A stretch of 60,641 bases of DNA, the filler included, from Platydemus manokwari (Eukaryota): assembly GCA_037951405.1 (NCBI GenBank). It is 5 parts of 5 records of this genome, joined end to end, with 100 filler letters (N's around TTAATTAATTAA, not from the genome) between each part and the next. Parts side by side here need not be neighbours in the genome. Positions count along the whole stretch, not along the records: positions 11,487 to 23,105 come from JBBMOY010564440.1; positions 23,206 to 33,574 come from JBBMOY011139550.1; 3 more parts are not named here. One strand, given 5' to 3'. The notes under the pieces are model-generated. The model did not search any database. It saw nothing but the letters and a program-made list of their open reading frames with translations, and was not told the origin of the DNA. Numbering within the stretch: the stretch's first letter is position 1; every line of letters begins with the position of its first letter. Shown here one piece after another: positions 12,477 to 26,750 of the stretch. A program made the position numbers and the translations under genes.

Positions 12477-12708
12477 CGATGAGGAATAAATTTGGTTGGA
12501 ATAATTAATAATGTAATTATTTATGAATTAATATTATTATTATGTTATTGAAATTGTTTTAATAATAATTAATAAATAATAATTTATATGAAATCGATAA
12601 CACTGATCTTAATATTACAAATCGAAATAATAACAAAATAATTATAATGCAAATATTAACATAATAATATTATTTATAATTAACATAATAATATTATTTT
12701 CCTCATCG
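12477..12708. mobile_element. Possible MITE: ~230-bp AT-only core bounded by the inverted repeat cgatgaggaa / ttcctcatcg
   Basis: 10-bp perfect inverted termini. The interior is much more AT-rich than the flanks. No TSD established. Confidence 0.35.
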
Positions 12709-13409
12709 AAAGTCTGTGAGATATATTTAAACGATAAGAATATTTCATTATTCCCTGATGCATCAGTGTTCTATATTTGTGATCTATTTTAATAATCATA
12801 GCTACTCTCTAGAGAGCCATAGCATAATGTTTCACGATTTAGATAAATATAAACTGAAAACATTAAATAAAAAACTGATCAAATTCGAAATCCGTGACAG
12901 TCTCGATGATTTCTATTCTGGCTGTGCAGATATGCATTCTGACAATGAAGATTTGATAATCAATCTAGAGGAGCAATCGGCAAGCCTGCATCGAACAAAT
13001 CCTCACTTGCTCGAACAGAAGTAAAACTTTAATTATTATCACTGTAGCTATTATGACGATTTATTGATTGAGATAATACACCGATAGTATCAGATATTAC
13101 CTTGAATTTACAATTTAATTGTTTCCGCATTCATGGATTATAGGATACTTCCACCTGGAAAAACATTCACCAACATCATGAACTTTTTAATAAACACATC
13201 CATGTTTTGCTGAAATAATATTATGGAGTTTTTAATTAATTTTGATTGGTTTATCATTTTGAAAGCTAATCGATTAAGTTTATCAATCAACAATACACTG
13301 CAGAATTGAGCTTTTGGCTGACAGAAATCAAAGCAAACTTGTTCTATAAAATAAATTTCAGTTTTAAATTTCAATCTAAATCACCGAATATATTGTTATT
13401 GGTAAAGAT

Positions 13410-14420
13410 ATTAGTTGATGAGATGTTTGTACACCAATGACTTGTTGCGATATGGTCTTTAAGCAATGATTGTCATTGTGCCAATATTAAAGATTAATTT
13501 TGTGATTTAAATAAGCTGCGGTTTAAAACCTTTTCTCAGTGTTGAGTTTCATGCTCTAATCTTCTATTCGTCAATGCAATTTATCCACATCGATACTGAT
13601 CCAGTTTGTGCTTTAATCATCATCAATGGTATTCAATATATAAAATATTCTGAATAGGTGTTCTAATCCTCCATTTATTATCCAGTTGTGTTGACATGGG
13701 CTACATTTTACAATTTCTTATTTAACTTTTATTTCCATCTAGAGCCAATGCTATCCTTCCACACGCTTCTATAAGGGTTCGATTTGTTATTTTATATCAA
13801 GTAAATCAAATCGCCTTATCATTCTTAATTCTAGTTTTAAATAACAATCTTAATCAAGACATTTATTGTTATGGGTAAGGGTATTAGTCGATGAGATATT
13901 AGCACACCAATGACTTATCGTGATGTGCTCTTCAATAATTAGCATTGTGTTAATATTACAGATTAATTACATGATTTAAATAAGTTACTCTAAAAAAACT
14001 CTACAAAAATCTCAGTGTTGACTTTTATGATCTTATATTTTTCACTCGTCCATTTCTCTCGTTATCGTTGATTTCACTTATCAAAAATTTCCATCACTTT
14101 ATGGATAATAAGGCAATGTAAATGGTTTCTTGATGCTAAGATTTTTAAATAACACCAGAAAATATTTGAGCAAAAATTACCAACACTATCAGATTGGATT
14201 TGGACTGGGATTCCGAATCACTATATGCAATTTATAAACATCGATTCTGATTCAGTTTTTGCTTCAATCATGATAAATGGTATTAAATTTATAAAATATT
14301 CTAAATAGGTGTTCTAATCCTCTATATATACATCACAGTTATGTTGAACTGACCTGCATTTTTCAATTTTTTCTTTGATTCCTATTTCCATCGAGAGCTA
14401 ATAACATCCTTCGATAATAG
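13410..14420. repeat. Diverged tandem duplication (~13410-13760 vs ~13885-14410; second copy has a ~170-bp insertion)
   Basis: Shared blocks in the same order: gatgagat...acaccaatgactt, tctcagtgttga, ataaaatattct-aataggtgttctaatcctc, tatttccatc-agagc. Confidence 0.8.
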
Positions 14421-17400
14421 CATAATAAATCTATTCTATTCTTTCAAGATCCAGCACGGAATTACAAATTTGACGTGGAGATACTCTTAGAATTTCAATA
14501 AAGTGAGTTTCCAATCAGACATATGGCCAATATTTTTAATTCGATGGCAGCAGAATTTGATAATAATAGAAGTTTACTCTATGTATTTCATCATGCTTTC
14601 GATTTACAATTGTAATAAATTTATTTTTTAGAATAAATTAGATTCAATATCGAATTTGTCACAATTTAGTGATATTTTATTTAATTGGAGATTATTATGC
14701 TGAGAGGAGCTACATCGAGATCTATCCTCTAATTCATTACAGATGTGTATAAAATTTGATTATCCAATTGTTATTACCATCTAATACACTCTCATTGACT
14801 TTTCTTTGGTGTTTGATTTGATTTTTATATTTTGAAATTTATATAGGCAGACATATGTCATTACTTTCGCTCAAAATTTCAACCTAAATAATATGATTTG
14901 AATTCTGATTATAAACACTCTAAACATTATCCTTTATGAAATACAGTCCAACATCTGGTTCAAATTTCGATAAGCAGGTCGATAAAAATGACAATTTACC
15001 AACCGTAATTTACCAATTTACCAATGATGTTGCGAGCCTATTTATATGGCTTTTTATTCAGGGCTGACAATTAATACACAAAAATTATTTTTATATTATT
15101 AAATAAAAACTAATATTATTATACATCAAGACAGGGTGAGATTTTTACAATATAACAAGGGTAATAATAAAAATTCATGCAAAATATACACAAATGGATA
15201 CAATATCTTTAGATTATTGTCGCAGTGGATAGATTATTTCACAAAACCTCCTTATAATCACAAATTCATTATTTATTAGACTGTTATCCCTTTTGTGTTG
15301 GTGTGTTCTATAATTGAATTTTCTGAAAAAATAATTGATATTCAGTTTTTATATTTCAATTCAGCTATATTTGAAAATAATTCACAATATTGGTAAATGT
15401 TACTATTTGAGAATTATTTTTCTATATTTCATCATCTAAGAACAATGCTATCATTTTGCTATGAAATGTGTTTTTCCTAACATACACTATATATGGATTA
15501 CAATAAAATATTTTCTATCAATTTGTTCATAGCAGCATAACTGTTACCATTAAAATTATTATCAAAAAACTTTTTCGATTATAAACGATAACAATCACAC
15601 TATAAATATTTATGATAGCAGCTCTGATAACAATGATGTTTGACTTTCTGAACAGTATCATAGCTCTATTGTTATTTTATAAACTAAAAATTCAGCATTG
15701 CTCTATAAGTTTTTTTCAAAGTGGTTTCTTCTAACGATAACATGACTACAATCATAAAAAATTAATAAAATAATAATAATACAACTCTAATATTTATTAT
15801 TAAATAAATTATAGAATTATACCACAAATGATCTACATGAATTATGATGCGAAAATTAATCCATAGACCTAGTATTAGGAATAGGAATAGCATATTACAT
15901 TTGCAGCCACTGTTAGACTTCATAGAGGCTTAGCTTCCACAACGATTCTAATAGAGTTTTATGAAAAATCTTAGAATATTCAATTTATGTCCTTGATTAT
16001 TCTGGTTATGTTCCGTGACAAAATTAGGAATATGTTTACAAAGAAATGCCAATCAACTAGAAAACCAAAGAAAGTTATACCAACCAAGTGTAAAAAAAGT
16101 TAAAATCGAGAGGCGAGGAAATTTGGATTGCAATGGAGAGAAATTGGAAATACTTACATTGACAATGCTTCTAGAAAAATAACAGTAAGGACTGGTAAAT
16201 ATGATATGTTAACCTAAGAGAATTACGGTATTAAGTGGGCTAAGTCAACTTATTGATCTTCCTCAATGTTCTATATAGCATATATCGATTAAATCTTTTT
16301 ATTTAACACACATTCCTAATTTGCACAACAATATCTATTTCGGAACAAATTATTATTATCATAATCATTAGATTTCAGTATCAATATTGAGCCTCAATGA
16401 ATTGACTTAACTGATAAATAACAGTGAATAAATACAATCCTGACTGCATGTCACTTTCTTTGAATCGTCTTTAATAACTTGACATGGATTTTTGCATTTA
16501 AATGTTACAGAGTGCGAATTCTTTTACTCAAATGCATGAATATTTGAAACTTGTGAATTTGATGTTCAGATGAAAGTGGTCGATATTAATTTATGAATTG
16601 ACCACTTAAGATGTCAAATGAAAGTTTTATTAGAATCTCATTTATATATACGAGAGTCATTTAGAAATAAACCGAAATGGTAGCGATAAACAAAGAAGAA
16701 AAATTAAACCCCAACCATTAAATGAGTAATATCTAAGACATATCCATTGATATCAAACCGGGTCTTTGTTCCAAATACAAGGTAATGAAATATGAAAATA
16801 AATCTTTTATGACAAAATGATGATAAGAAATAATTATCTTGAGTTTTTTATTTTTTATATTTTCTATTTTCTATCGAACACAATTTTAAAAGAAAATGAT
16901 TGTACTATTAGACCTGCGATGATTTAAAATTTAGGAACGCTTAATAAATTGGTGATTAAGTTGCTTATATAGATTAGATGTTTAAATAAAATGAACTCTC
17001 TGGTTTGGAAATCCATTATTGCATGTATAAAATATAACGCAAATATTTAATGTATAAAATAGTAGGCAATTATATAACTGTGAAACACGCTAAAGCCACA
17101 ATTTATTAAATACTGGTAAATTTGCTATCTAATATTATTAAAAATCAATTGGCTGAGACAGTGTTATAATACCCGACGTCTAGATTCTATTTTTACATTT
17201 GCATGTTCTGGGATATTGGAAAACATCCTTTTCATTGAATTTTCTATCGCATTCAATTGACATTGTAAAGAAGACGATGTTTTTCTCTTCACAATTGTTG
17301 CTATCGCTCAAATATTTACTGGAAACTTTTCCTGATACATAGGCACTTACAAATAGATACTCCGATAAATAGATTAATATTGATATAATGATGTGTTCCG

Positions 17401-20152
17401 GTTTTACTTTATTTCCTGTTTTATATATATAAGATAAGTTTAAATAACTTTATATTCTAATATTTCATTTCCAAAATCAAATAAGGTTTTCATCGATCAA
17501 TGATATGAAATACTGTGAAAACTGCACTTTTCTGTGAATCACTTATTTAACCAAATATCACGATTTTATTTATTTTACGACGTTTTCCGCCTTCTCTTAA
17601 AACAAGCTCCATCTTTACGGTCACTAACAATAAGGATTTTATTGCCTAAGAGAATTGAATTACAACTTTTAGGTCTGACTTGAATCCTATAATTCAATAA
17701 CACCCTTCGTCCTGGTATGGGAATCTAGGATAACTTGTACCTTCTATCATACCTGAAAATTTCGATATGTTATTTACCATATTTTCGTTAGACATTATCT
17801 TGGCCGCCACTTCAGAATTTTCTTTTTTAATGTTGTAAATGTTGAGATGTATTGGTTTATCATTACTTGGGTCAGTGCTGGCTTGGTCATTGCACCAGTT
17901 GGATCTTCAAGATTTTTAGTGCTTGAACACATTTTACTCAACGAATTGTATAATCTAGTTGCATATCTTTTTTCATATTATCGAAGACCTTTTCAGGACT
18001 CATTTGTTGCACTTCTTGATTTTTCTATGCGATAGTATTTCTACATTGGATTGGTGTCAGATATTTACGTATATCAATAGCTTTGTAATGTTTATTCTCA
18101 AGAACAAGGATTATTGAATTTAATTATTTTATCATTTATTTGGATACTGGTTTTTGGTAATCTACTATTTTAATGTTACTATGATGTTACTAATTCTTTT
18201 GGATGGCATTCGATCTGCAAAAAGTTTCATCAGTTTATTCTTGAGATTTTTAAGATTAACCAGGTATGACATGTTTCTTGTCATTGTAAAATTCCAATGG
18301 ATTTTTACTTAGCCAGTCGTGTATTTTTTCTTCTTATATTCGATTTATATTTATCTTTGTAAGTGTAAATTGATTTGGTGTTTTTTAAATTTAATTTCAG
18401 AAAACTGGTTAATATAATTATATTTGTACGTTTGAAGCTGCTTTTAAATTAAATATAAATACGTCCAATTCAAATATAGAATATAAATAATTCAAAATTT
18501 GAGATGAGAATAAGAATGTTATTCGAAATAAATTTAAAATGTTTACTTTTTATTTTCATGGGGACTTGTATACATGTTATTTTTAAAAACTGTTTTTGTG
18601 GTTTGCATCAGTAAGAATTTATAATTTCATTTGTTTAAGTCTATTTTTTCTTACGATAAAAATGTTGATGTTACCATGGTTACTACGACAATAGTTGGGC
18701 TGAATAATATCTATGCAATGCTTTGTTACAAATTCTTCTTCATAAATCAATAGCAACCTAAATGAGAATTATTTTTACACGTTTCAAATAACGACATTGT
18801 GAAAACTTGACATACATGATTCTGTTGTCGATTATTTTCAATTTGCTATAGTTACTTGACTTCTGAGATATAGTTGTGATATTACTAAGAAATGGATTTT
18901 CAAATATCTCACCACACAATATTTTAAATTTTCTGTTCACTATCAACAATTATAAATAGTTGGTAGTAACAGCCATTCGTCATATTTTTTCTGAAGATGA
19001 GTATCAGTAGTTATACTTTATTTCTCGCTATTTATTTGTTGAGTAAGATTTTGAATTTTATGTCACTTAATATTCTTATACATTAATTTCCACACGAAAT
19101 GGAACCTAACTAATTTCCATTATTATTTCTTTAATAAATTTAAATTTTTGTACAACAACATAAGCTAAATTGGTAAGTCCGCATTTAAAATTTGTTATAA
19201 TAATAAAACAAAAAGCAAATACCAGAGTGAAAATAATTCAGATATTTATTGAGAATTCTAAATTTGCTGATTGTTAATCTAAATAATTTTTGACCAGTTT
19301 ATAATAAACTTGAAAGAAAAAAGCAAATAATTATTGTTGAACCGTGGGTACAATTTGGCGTGTTATTAATTTCAGTTTATTTGAGTTTTTCTTATTAGGA
19401 AATTGTTTGAATAGGTAATAATTATATATTATGATATGTTAAGAGACAAGTCCTAAGCAAATCGTTTAAGTAATTTATAGATTTGTTAAGACAAGTACTT
19501 TAAAGTATTTATAATCTATATAACTATTAAAAAAGAAATGATTGATAAAATAGTACTGGATTCCCTCAGATCATGTAAATAAAAGTTCAATAAGTTACTA
19601 CTTTTATACGTCAATGATTTTAAATATACCTTTATACACGGAAACGTTGGACTGAAATTCTCAATGTGCAAATTCAATATCGAAGTTAATGGACCAAACT
19701 AGACCCTTAGTAATATTGGGTACGTGGCCTTTTCAAGATGGTTTTTCCGAGGTAGGCTCGTTGAATAGGGGGAATATATGATATAACACACTAAATGTAT
19801 TTGAGACTTAATTATCTTACGTGATAAGAATATTTTTTATTCTCAACGTATATCATTATAGGGCATATAATTGATGGCAAAATCAATCTTCGTCAATTAA
19901 CACACTATAGATTGTAGTGGTTTCTTACAGGCAGTTGTAGGGGCATTTAATTTTTTTACTGCCTTATATATATGGTTGCTGGGTCATGGGATAAATATGA
20001 GTTTGAATAAAAATGCGCGTTTGATTTCATTTTTATTGTGACGATATTTCACAAATTTAATGGGATTATTCTCCACACGGGTATTATTATTTTTGATATT
20101 TTAAAATACGGGTGATAATAAGTCTTGTTAAATAAATACTTTTGATCACAGG

Positions 20153-22581
20153 ATGAAAATAATTTTTTATTATATTTTATTGTCCAATTTACCATAAAAC
20201 AGTATTTAGATATTTCATTGATCGATGAAAAGATTCAGACACACAGTAATATAAAAACATTAAAATTGACCAATTGCTATGGATAACAAAAATTCCTAAG
20301 TATAGTGAGACAATTTTAAATATATAGTTTTAAATAACTACTACGTTGCTTGGAAATATTGTCTTCCAAAGTAAAAGATTAAATAATTTAAAAGTTTGTA
20401 GAATCTTCTCTTTAAATAATTGATTAATAATATGGAATATAAAACAAGTTAGATATTTTACTTTAGATGATGTCAATTATTTTTAGATTGCTCTCGAAGC
20501 ATTGCAATCAACTGCAGCGTTTGTCAAAGCTGTATTGAAAGTAAAATGCAAGTCCAATCTAATTGCTCATTTTGTGTATCAACATTACATAGAAAACCAG
20601 GAATGAAATTTAATACGATAAATAAATATTGTTCATCGAATTGTAAACCACCAGTTTTTGATAAAAATAAAACGATTATTTGTTGCAGCACCGATCATTG
20701 TAATGACAACAATACTGATTATTCCACTGATTTAAGTAAGAATTTCAGATATTTATAAACGAGGTATTAAATTGAAAAATATGAATAATGATAAATTCGA
20801 AATGCAATTATGAATGTTACAAATAACGATATTTTGCTTAAGACAAATTGGTGTTTTATCGATTATATTTATATTTATTCATTAATTAATGATTTTTACC
20901 TTATATTAATATTAAACTTTTCAAATATGGTTACTTGTATATTATTTCAAGTAATATCATTGTCAAATGAAATTTCTAGAAATTACTGTTATTGATTTTA
21001 GAGTTTATTTATTACATTTTTAATTTAAAATTTGTTACCATTTTAGATTTACATTATCTACTTCGGTGTTGGGCTTGCGTCAATTGCAATGGAATTCGAT
21101 TCGGAATTTACAGAGATTGCAAGTTTTGTCTATTAACAGAGAAAACATTAGATGCAGCAAATAAGAAAAAGACACAATCGGGTTCGTGTGTTGAAAGATG
21201 CGACGAAAGCATTGCAGATTCAACAACATCATTTGTTTGTTGCAATTTCGATCAATGCAATTTCAAAAACTTGCCCAGTGATTTTCATAATTTAATTATT
21301 ATTTTGTGATCAATTCATATATACAATTAAAGATTTTATTGGTTTACCATTTTTAATAACAAAAATCTATTTTTAGGATATCCAGGTATTGTTTGTTGGG
21401 AATGCCAAAATTGCACTTACAGTGACAAAAGACGTCACTTTCTCAGTAATTCCTCGTATTGTTTAACTGAGATAAAACGAGATCAACAAAATAGAATCAC
21501 GCTTCACCAAATCTGTTCAAAGACCTGTCAGTTGTCCAAATCCAACAATTCATCTGTTATATCTTGTTGCAATTATTATTTTTGCAATTCTTATAAGAAA
21601 GAGAACATAACATGTTAGTTTTCGTTTGTTATTTAATGAATTTTTCCGATAAACATTGGACTTAGGAAAACAAAACAGGTTTGATTCAGTAATATTAATG
21701 CTTTTGTTTTTAATATCTTAATTCTGAAATAGATGGCTATCAAAGAAATCACAAATACATTATTTTAAAGAAAATCTTTTATAAATTCTAGAAATAATTG
21801 TCAAAGAAAAAGTGTTAAGTCAAATCTTAAATTGATTTAACTGTTTTTGATAAAATAACATCACATAAATATCGATGGCATATAATAATGAAATCAGTGT
21901 AATAAGCACAAAATCATCTCATGTCGTACGAATAATCATGACCATCTCCTAGTAATAATTTTTACTATAAATACATGCCTTAATTTATTATTACCAATAT
22001 TCCCGCAATTCCCCGAGATTTTTTTTCTCAAAAGTCAATAACTATTTATAAGTATCATTATCAAAAGCTTATAAGTTTTTATCACATTGAGATAGAGAAA
22101 AAATATCGATAATGCTTTGTTTTATTTAGACTGGCCACTCAATGAAAATATAAGTTGTAAAGTTTGTCAGAATTGTGGCGAAATCGATATTATCCAAATC
22201 AATAAAAATTGCTCAGTATGCATGACAACTTCGAGTAAATCTGAAGTTTATTTTAATGAAAAGTTTTCTACAAAATTATGTTTGAAAAAGTGTCCAATAA
22301 ATAATTCAAAAAACAATCGAACAATATGTTGTAACACAAATTACTGCAATGAAGAAGTTCCTGGATTCTTGAAAGGTAAGAAATAATTTTATGTGTTAAC
22401 TCGATATGATAAGCGATTCTATTTAGTGTTTCATTATACATAAGAATCAAATAATAATTTGTTATTAACTGTTATAAAGATATCCTTGACTAAAGGAAGG
22501 AAATTTTATTTTATATTTTGATAATGGAGTTAAGTATGATAAATATTTGAAATAACGTTACCCTCATGATTTTTGTTTATC

Positions 22582-22656
<75 letters not shown>

Positions 22657-22913
22657 ACAATCAGTTCCAAAACCGATCGAAAAAATCAACTGCGCTGCTT
22701 GCGATAACTGTGAACGAGAAGGAACAAAAATATTGATTCACAATAATTGTACATTCTGTATGACACAATTCACATGGAACAATTATACTAAACAAAATAT
22801 AGTCAGGAAACTGTGTTCATCAACATGTCCATCCAAAACTTTTGGCAAATTTGATTCTTATTCGTGCTGTACAAAAGATTTCTGCAATGACAAGAACAGC
22901 AGCTTAAAGAAAG
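20153..22913 (+). CDS. Multi-domain Ly6/uPAR (three-finger) protein, at least 5 domains. Domain exons 20487-20735, 21047-21277, 21377-21613, 22130-22375, 22665-22913; putative leader exon from ATG 20153; 3' end lost in the gap at 23106
   Basis: Each exon is bounded by AG/GT in phase 1-1 and encodes CxxCxxC...CxxC...CxxxC...CCxxxxCN, ending in the LU-domain CCxxxxCN signature. The leader MKIIFYYIFIVQFTIK follows cacAG|g. The leader-exon donor is uncertain. Confidence 0.88.
22582..22655. repeat. Perfect palindrome (AAT)n/(ATT)n, 37-bp arms
   Basis: Direct reading; centre at 22618/22619. Confidence 0.9.
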
Positions 22914-24079
22914 GTAAAATAAAATTTATAAATTATTTTCCCATAAAAAACTAATTGGTTGTTCACTATAAATAAGTTTTATTATCAAAAGAAATTTTGT
23001 TATTTTTTTATTTGATTTGATTTTCTTTAATTAACAAATTACTTTAAAACCCTGGTTAAGTAATTCAGGACATTGTTTTGCATTTATTTACAATATTAAT
23101 TATGANNNNNNNNNNNNNNNNNNNNNNNNNNNNNNNNNNNNNNNNNNNNTTAATTAATTAANNNNNNNNNNNNNNNNNNNNNNNNNNNNNNNNNNNNNNN
23201 NNNNNCTTAATATAATTAAGGGACTTATAAATCATAACTTTCTAAGAATTGTTTGTGGTTGTTGTTCAAGTTTATATTCGTATTTCCAACTTCTATCGGT
23301 ATTAAATTGTAATATCAATACACATTTTGGCAATCATTATTGTAGCTGTAATTGGTGGCCACTGTGGGCTTAGGATTCCACTGTTCAGTTGATAATAACA
23401 CTTCATTTTAGAGATATCTCATTACCTTAGTGATGAAAATCTTATTGAAAATAAAATCACATTGAGTAAGCACTGCTACGCTCTTCTTCTGGTGCTCAAA
23501 CAAAAGAGAGAAAGATCCTGGTGAAGGATAATCGATAAAAACATAAAGTTAAAACTCTTTCCTGTAGCTCACAAGACTAAATACATTTGATAGGTGTTAC
23601 AAAAAGAAGTCAGTAATAAGAACAGTTATAAGAAATAATTGGAAGTAACATAAAGTAATAAAGTAACTCAACAAAAACTTTAATAAATGTAACCAAATTA
23701 AATATCATTTCATCAATTCACATCAAATAAACTTCAGCGTTTGAAAATCAAAATCAATTATCAGAGTGATAATCATTGTCCTGATCTGAATTGAACAATA
23801 GTAGGATTGTGTTGAGTTTGTTACATTGAAATTTTGATTTATTATTTTGGTATTTTGATGCCTCATTCTTATGTAGTTAACAGGTCTGGAGAATCATCAC
23901 TGGCAGAGACATAATAATAAGTGGTTTAATTGATATTATTTCTCAAGGGGTCGCGATAATAAAAATATTATGAATGGCATTATGTCTAATATTTTGTTTT
24001 GAAATTGCAACAAAAATGTTATTTTTAGCATAATTTTTCAAGAGATTTTAAAACAGCGAGAAAACTTGTATAAATTTGT

Positions 24080-24560
24080 GTTTCCCATCTTAGCAAGAAT
24101 ATTATGCGATAATAAATTTATATAGCTAAGCAACATGAACATGTGCATTATTAATATACATATGCATATAAGAGCACAGCTTTTTAATAAAATTAAATAT
24201 TTATTATTTCGAATATCCAGGTTAGGCTGTGTCTATTAGAGTGTTCATATTGTTAAGAAATTATTGAACAAGCGAGTTCGGTGAATAGAGTTCTCGTTTC
24301 CAGTTTAAATTTCACACCCAAATTTCTTTATCAAATTCAAAACTTACAACAATTAATTACGTTACTTTTATTCAAAGTCATCAAAACTACAGAAAAATCA
24401 CCTCCAATTTGCATATTTACTGACAAAGGACTTGAAAGAGGATCGACTATTGAATAATTGGCATCTGAACTATTTTCTGTAGTTAACATAGATGATAATA
24501 TATCCGTATGAATAGTTCTTATTTTCTTTAAGAAATTTAAATTATTTATAATCAGCCTGA
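24080..24560 (-). mobile_element. Possible highly decayed hAT (Charlie/ZBED5-like) transposase remnant
   Basis: Fragments KIRTIH..., and a frameshifted TA*/LTWIFEIIN resembling LAYLxDIFxxLN. Many stops. Confidence 0.25.
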
Positions 24561-24899
24561 GACGGTTCTTCATTAATTTAATATTCATAATTTTAATTTT
24601 ATGAATAAATGTGCAAAAAATTGAAATTTGTTTTACTTTAAAGCGTCAAATCTTAAAGGTCGACGTATTTTTAAATTAATTCTTATTTATTCATTATTTA
24701 ATGTTGATTTTATTTTTTTTAAACTAATTAATCTTGAACATTTTTTCGTTTCAGAAAGTAATGCTAATTATATTTAAATTTAACTATTTTAAAAGATAAT
24801 TTATAAACTATAATTTCAAAGGTCAAGGTCACAAAGTAATAATTGTTATTTGCGTAAATTTTTTGTGCTTTATTTTATGTGAATTAAGCACTGATGATA

Positions 24900-26750
24900 G
24901 CTTTGTTTTGGAGTATATTATAGCGATGACTCTTTCATCACATCTTTTATCGGCTCTTGTGGTTTTATTGTCGCTATGTCATATTTGCAGCTTGGTCAAG
25001 ATTTTGGCTTATTCATCTAATTGACTACATCTGATTACAGTACTTCCCCACTGTGTGTGGTTTATTTTTCGTTGTTGTTCTGCTCGTAACACTAACACAT
25101 ATACCCTGAACCTTTTGTTGGTTGTCTAGTTAGATATTCTTTTTCTAAGGTTTGAAGTATAGATATTACGTCTTCTATTTCTAATGACTTAACGAGCTGG
25201 TTTAAGCTTTAAAAATCTTTATGGTTGGTTCTATTTGACAAGTTGCAGTTTCCTTAGTTTGCCCGTTCATGATTTTTTGTGATAGTAATGCGTGTCTCAT
25301 CATTTGCTAACACCACTGGTATTTTCTCGCATATGCTTTCCTTGGACTTTCCTTTTTAGTAGTCACAAAATGTTTTTATATAGGCCAGTTTCTCCTCAAT
25401 TGGTGGAACTACCATTGCTATAATTCGTACTGCAGGCCGGTCCAGTTACGAAAACCGGTCACACCGGACTTCGCAATGGTTATGGCTGACTATCGAAATC
25501 AACGAGGACCATGCTTCAATTTTTCATGGAAAAATTTCAAACTTCTCCGCCCAAAGAAATAGAATTGAAATTATATACGAAAACACATGGTTAATTATCA
25601 ATACAACGCTCTCCATCATTATTAAAAGTCGGAGACCATGTTTCCAATCTTGATTGTATCTAGTGAATTTTCCCACACTTTTATTATTTCATTTGCCGTA
25701 GTTTTCTCTTCTTCTGTATAATGTTCATCTAGATATATACTTTTAAACTGCCAATTTTATTGCTTTTATGATGACCTTTTCTCCTTCCCATTTAAGGATC
25801 ATAATTTTTGAGTATGTTCTATTTCTTCGGCTGTGTGAGGCCTATAGCTCGGTTTAGTACCTTTAAATGTCTGGGTTACATCATCCTTTTCTTTATTTTT
25901 GTCTACTTATTTTTCATTCGCTAATTAGGTTATAGTTTCCCCAATATAGTTTATAGATATATATAGATTTTTGTATCACCTAATTCTATTATCAATGTTT
26001 CGTCTCTTGACACTGAGTCTAAAGGTTTGGTTTCATTTTGCTTTACTTATTTCCCGTCTATTTCTATACGTTCATATATTATTTTGGGCATATTCACTAC
26101 ATTAGTACCATTTGATATATTCATCGGCATTTATTTTATTCCTGGTGAATCCTTAGCTATTTGCTCTACTTCTATCTTTGAATGCCCAGATGAATATTCT
26201 TTCTCCAATTTAGTCCGTTGTTCTTATATCCGATTCTATAATTAACCCATCGTTTCAGGATATTTTGGTATTTTTGATTATTGTTACGATTCCAGTGACT
26301 TCTCTTTTCCGAGAATGACTTTTGTTACCCTATATGAAATTATTTCTTGATTTCATTGATGTTTCAATTAGGATTGTCTCTTCGTTTTCAATCTCATTAT
26401 CATTTTCTCTATTGAAATGCTCTCGTAGTTTCCAATTCCCATTATTTCCATTTCTTCTGTTTTCACATACTGACAGATTTTATACATTTGGTTTCTTCTG
26501 CAACGATTTTGATAAAATTTCAAATTCTTGCCATTTCCCGTTATCATCAGGTTTCCTTTCGCCTTCTACTTGGGTATCAATCTTATTTTTCTTCAAAGTT
26601 GGTTTCAATTGCTCAGCGGATTTAACATAAGCGATTTCTCTCTTTCTATAACGAGCTTCAATTTTCTTACCATTAATACTTCTAAATGGCTTGCATCTCT
26701 AGTTAACAATACATTTCCAATGTAACCATGCCTCATTTTGAAAAGATTAA
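24900..26750 (-). mobile_element. Decayed non-LTR retrotransposon (ORF1-like region plus possible endonuclease remnant)
   Basis: The minus strand is strongly A-rich with long near-open K/E/N-rich frames. FKSIYLDEHYTEEEK resembles the IYINEDLTxEE end of LINE ORF1. A downstream IPVVLAND segment weakly resembles the APE xxGDFN motif. Confidence 0.4.

Noticed and set aside
12027-13024. ORFs of 147 and 88 aa, with GNSG and out-of-frame DTAG hints of a GTPase
   Set aside because: No intact GKS/T motif, inconsistent frames and no convincing splice structure; probably decayed repeat.
17700-18330. Possible integrase-like remnant, or a THNSL2 PTGA exon, on the minus strand
   Set aside because: Multiple stops and no splice sites consistent with THNSL2; family not assignable.
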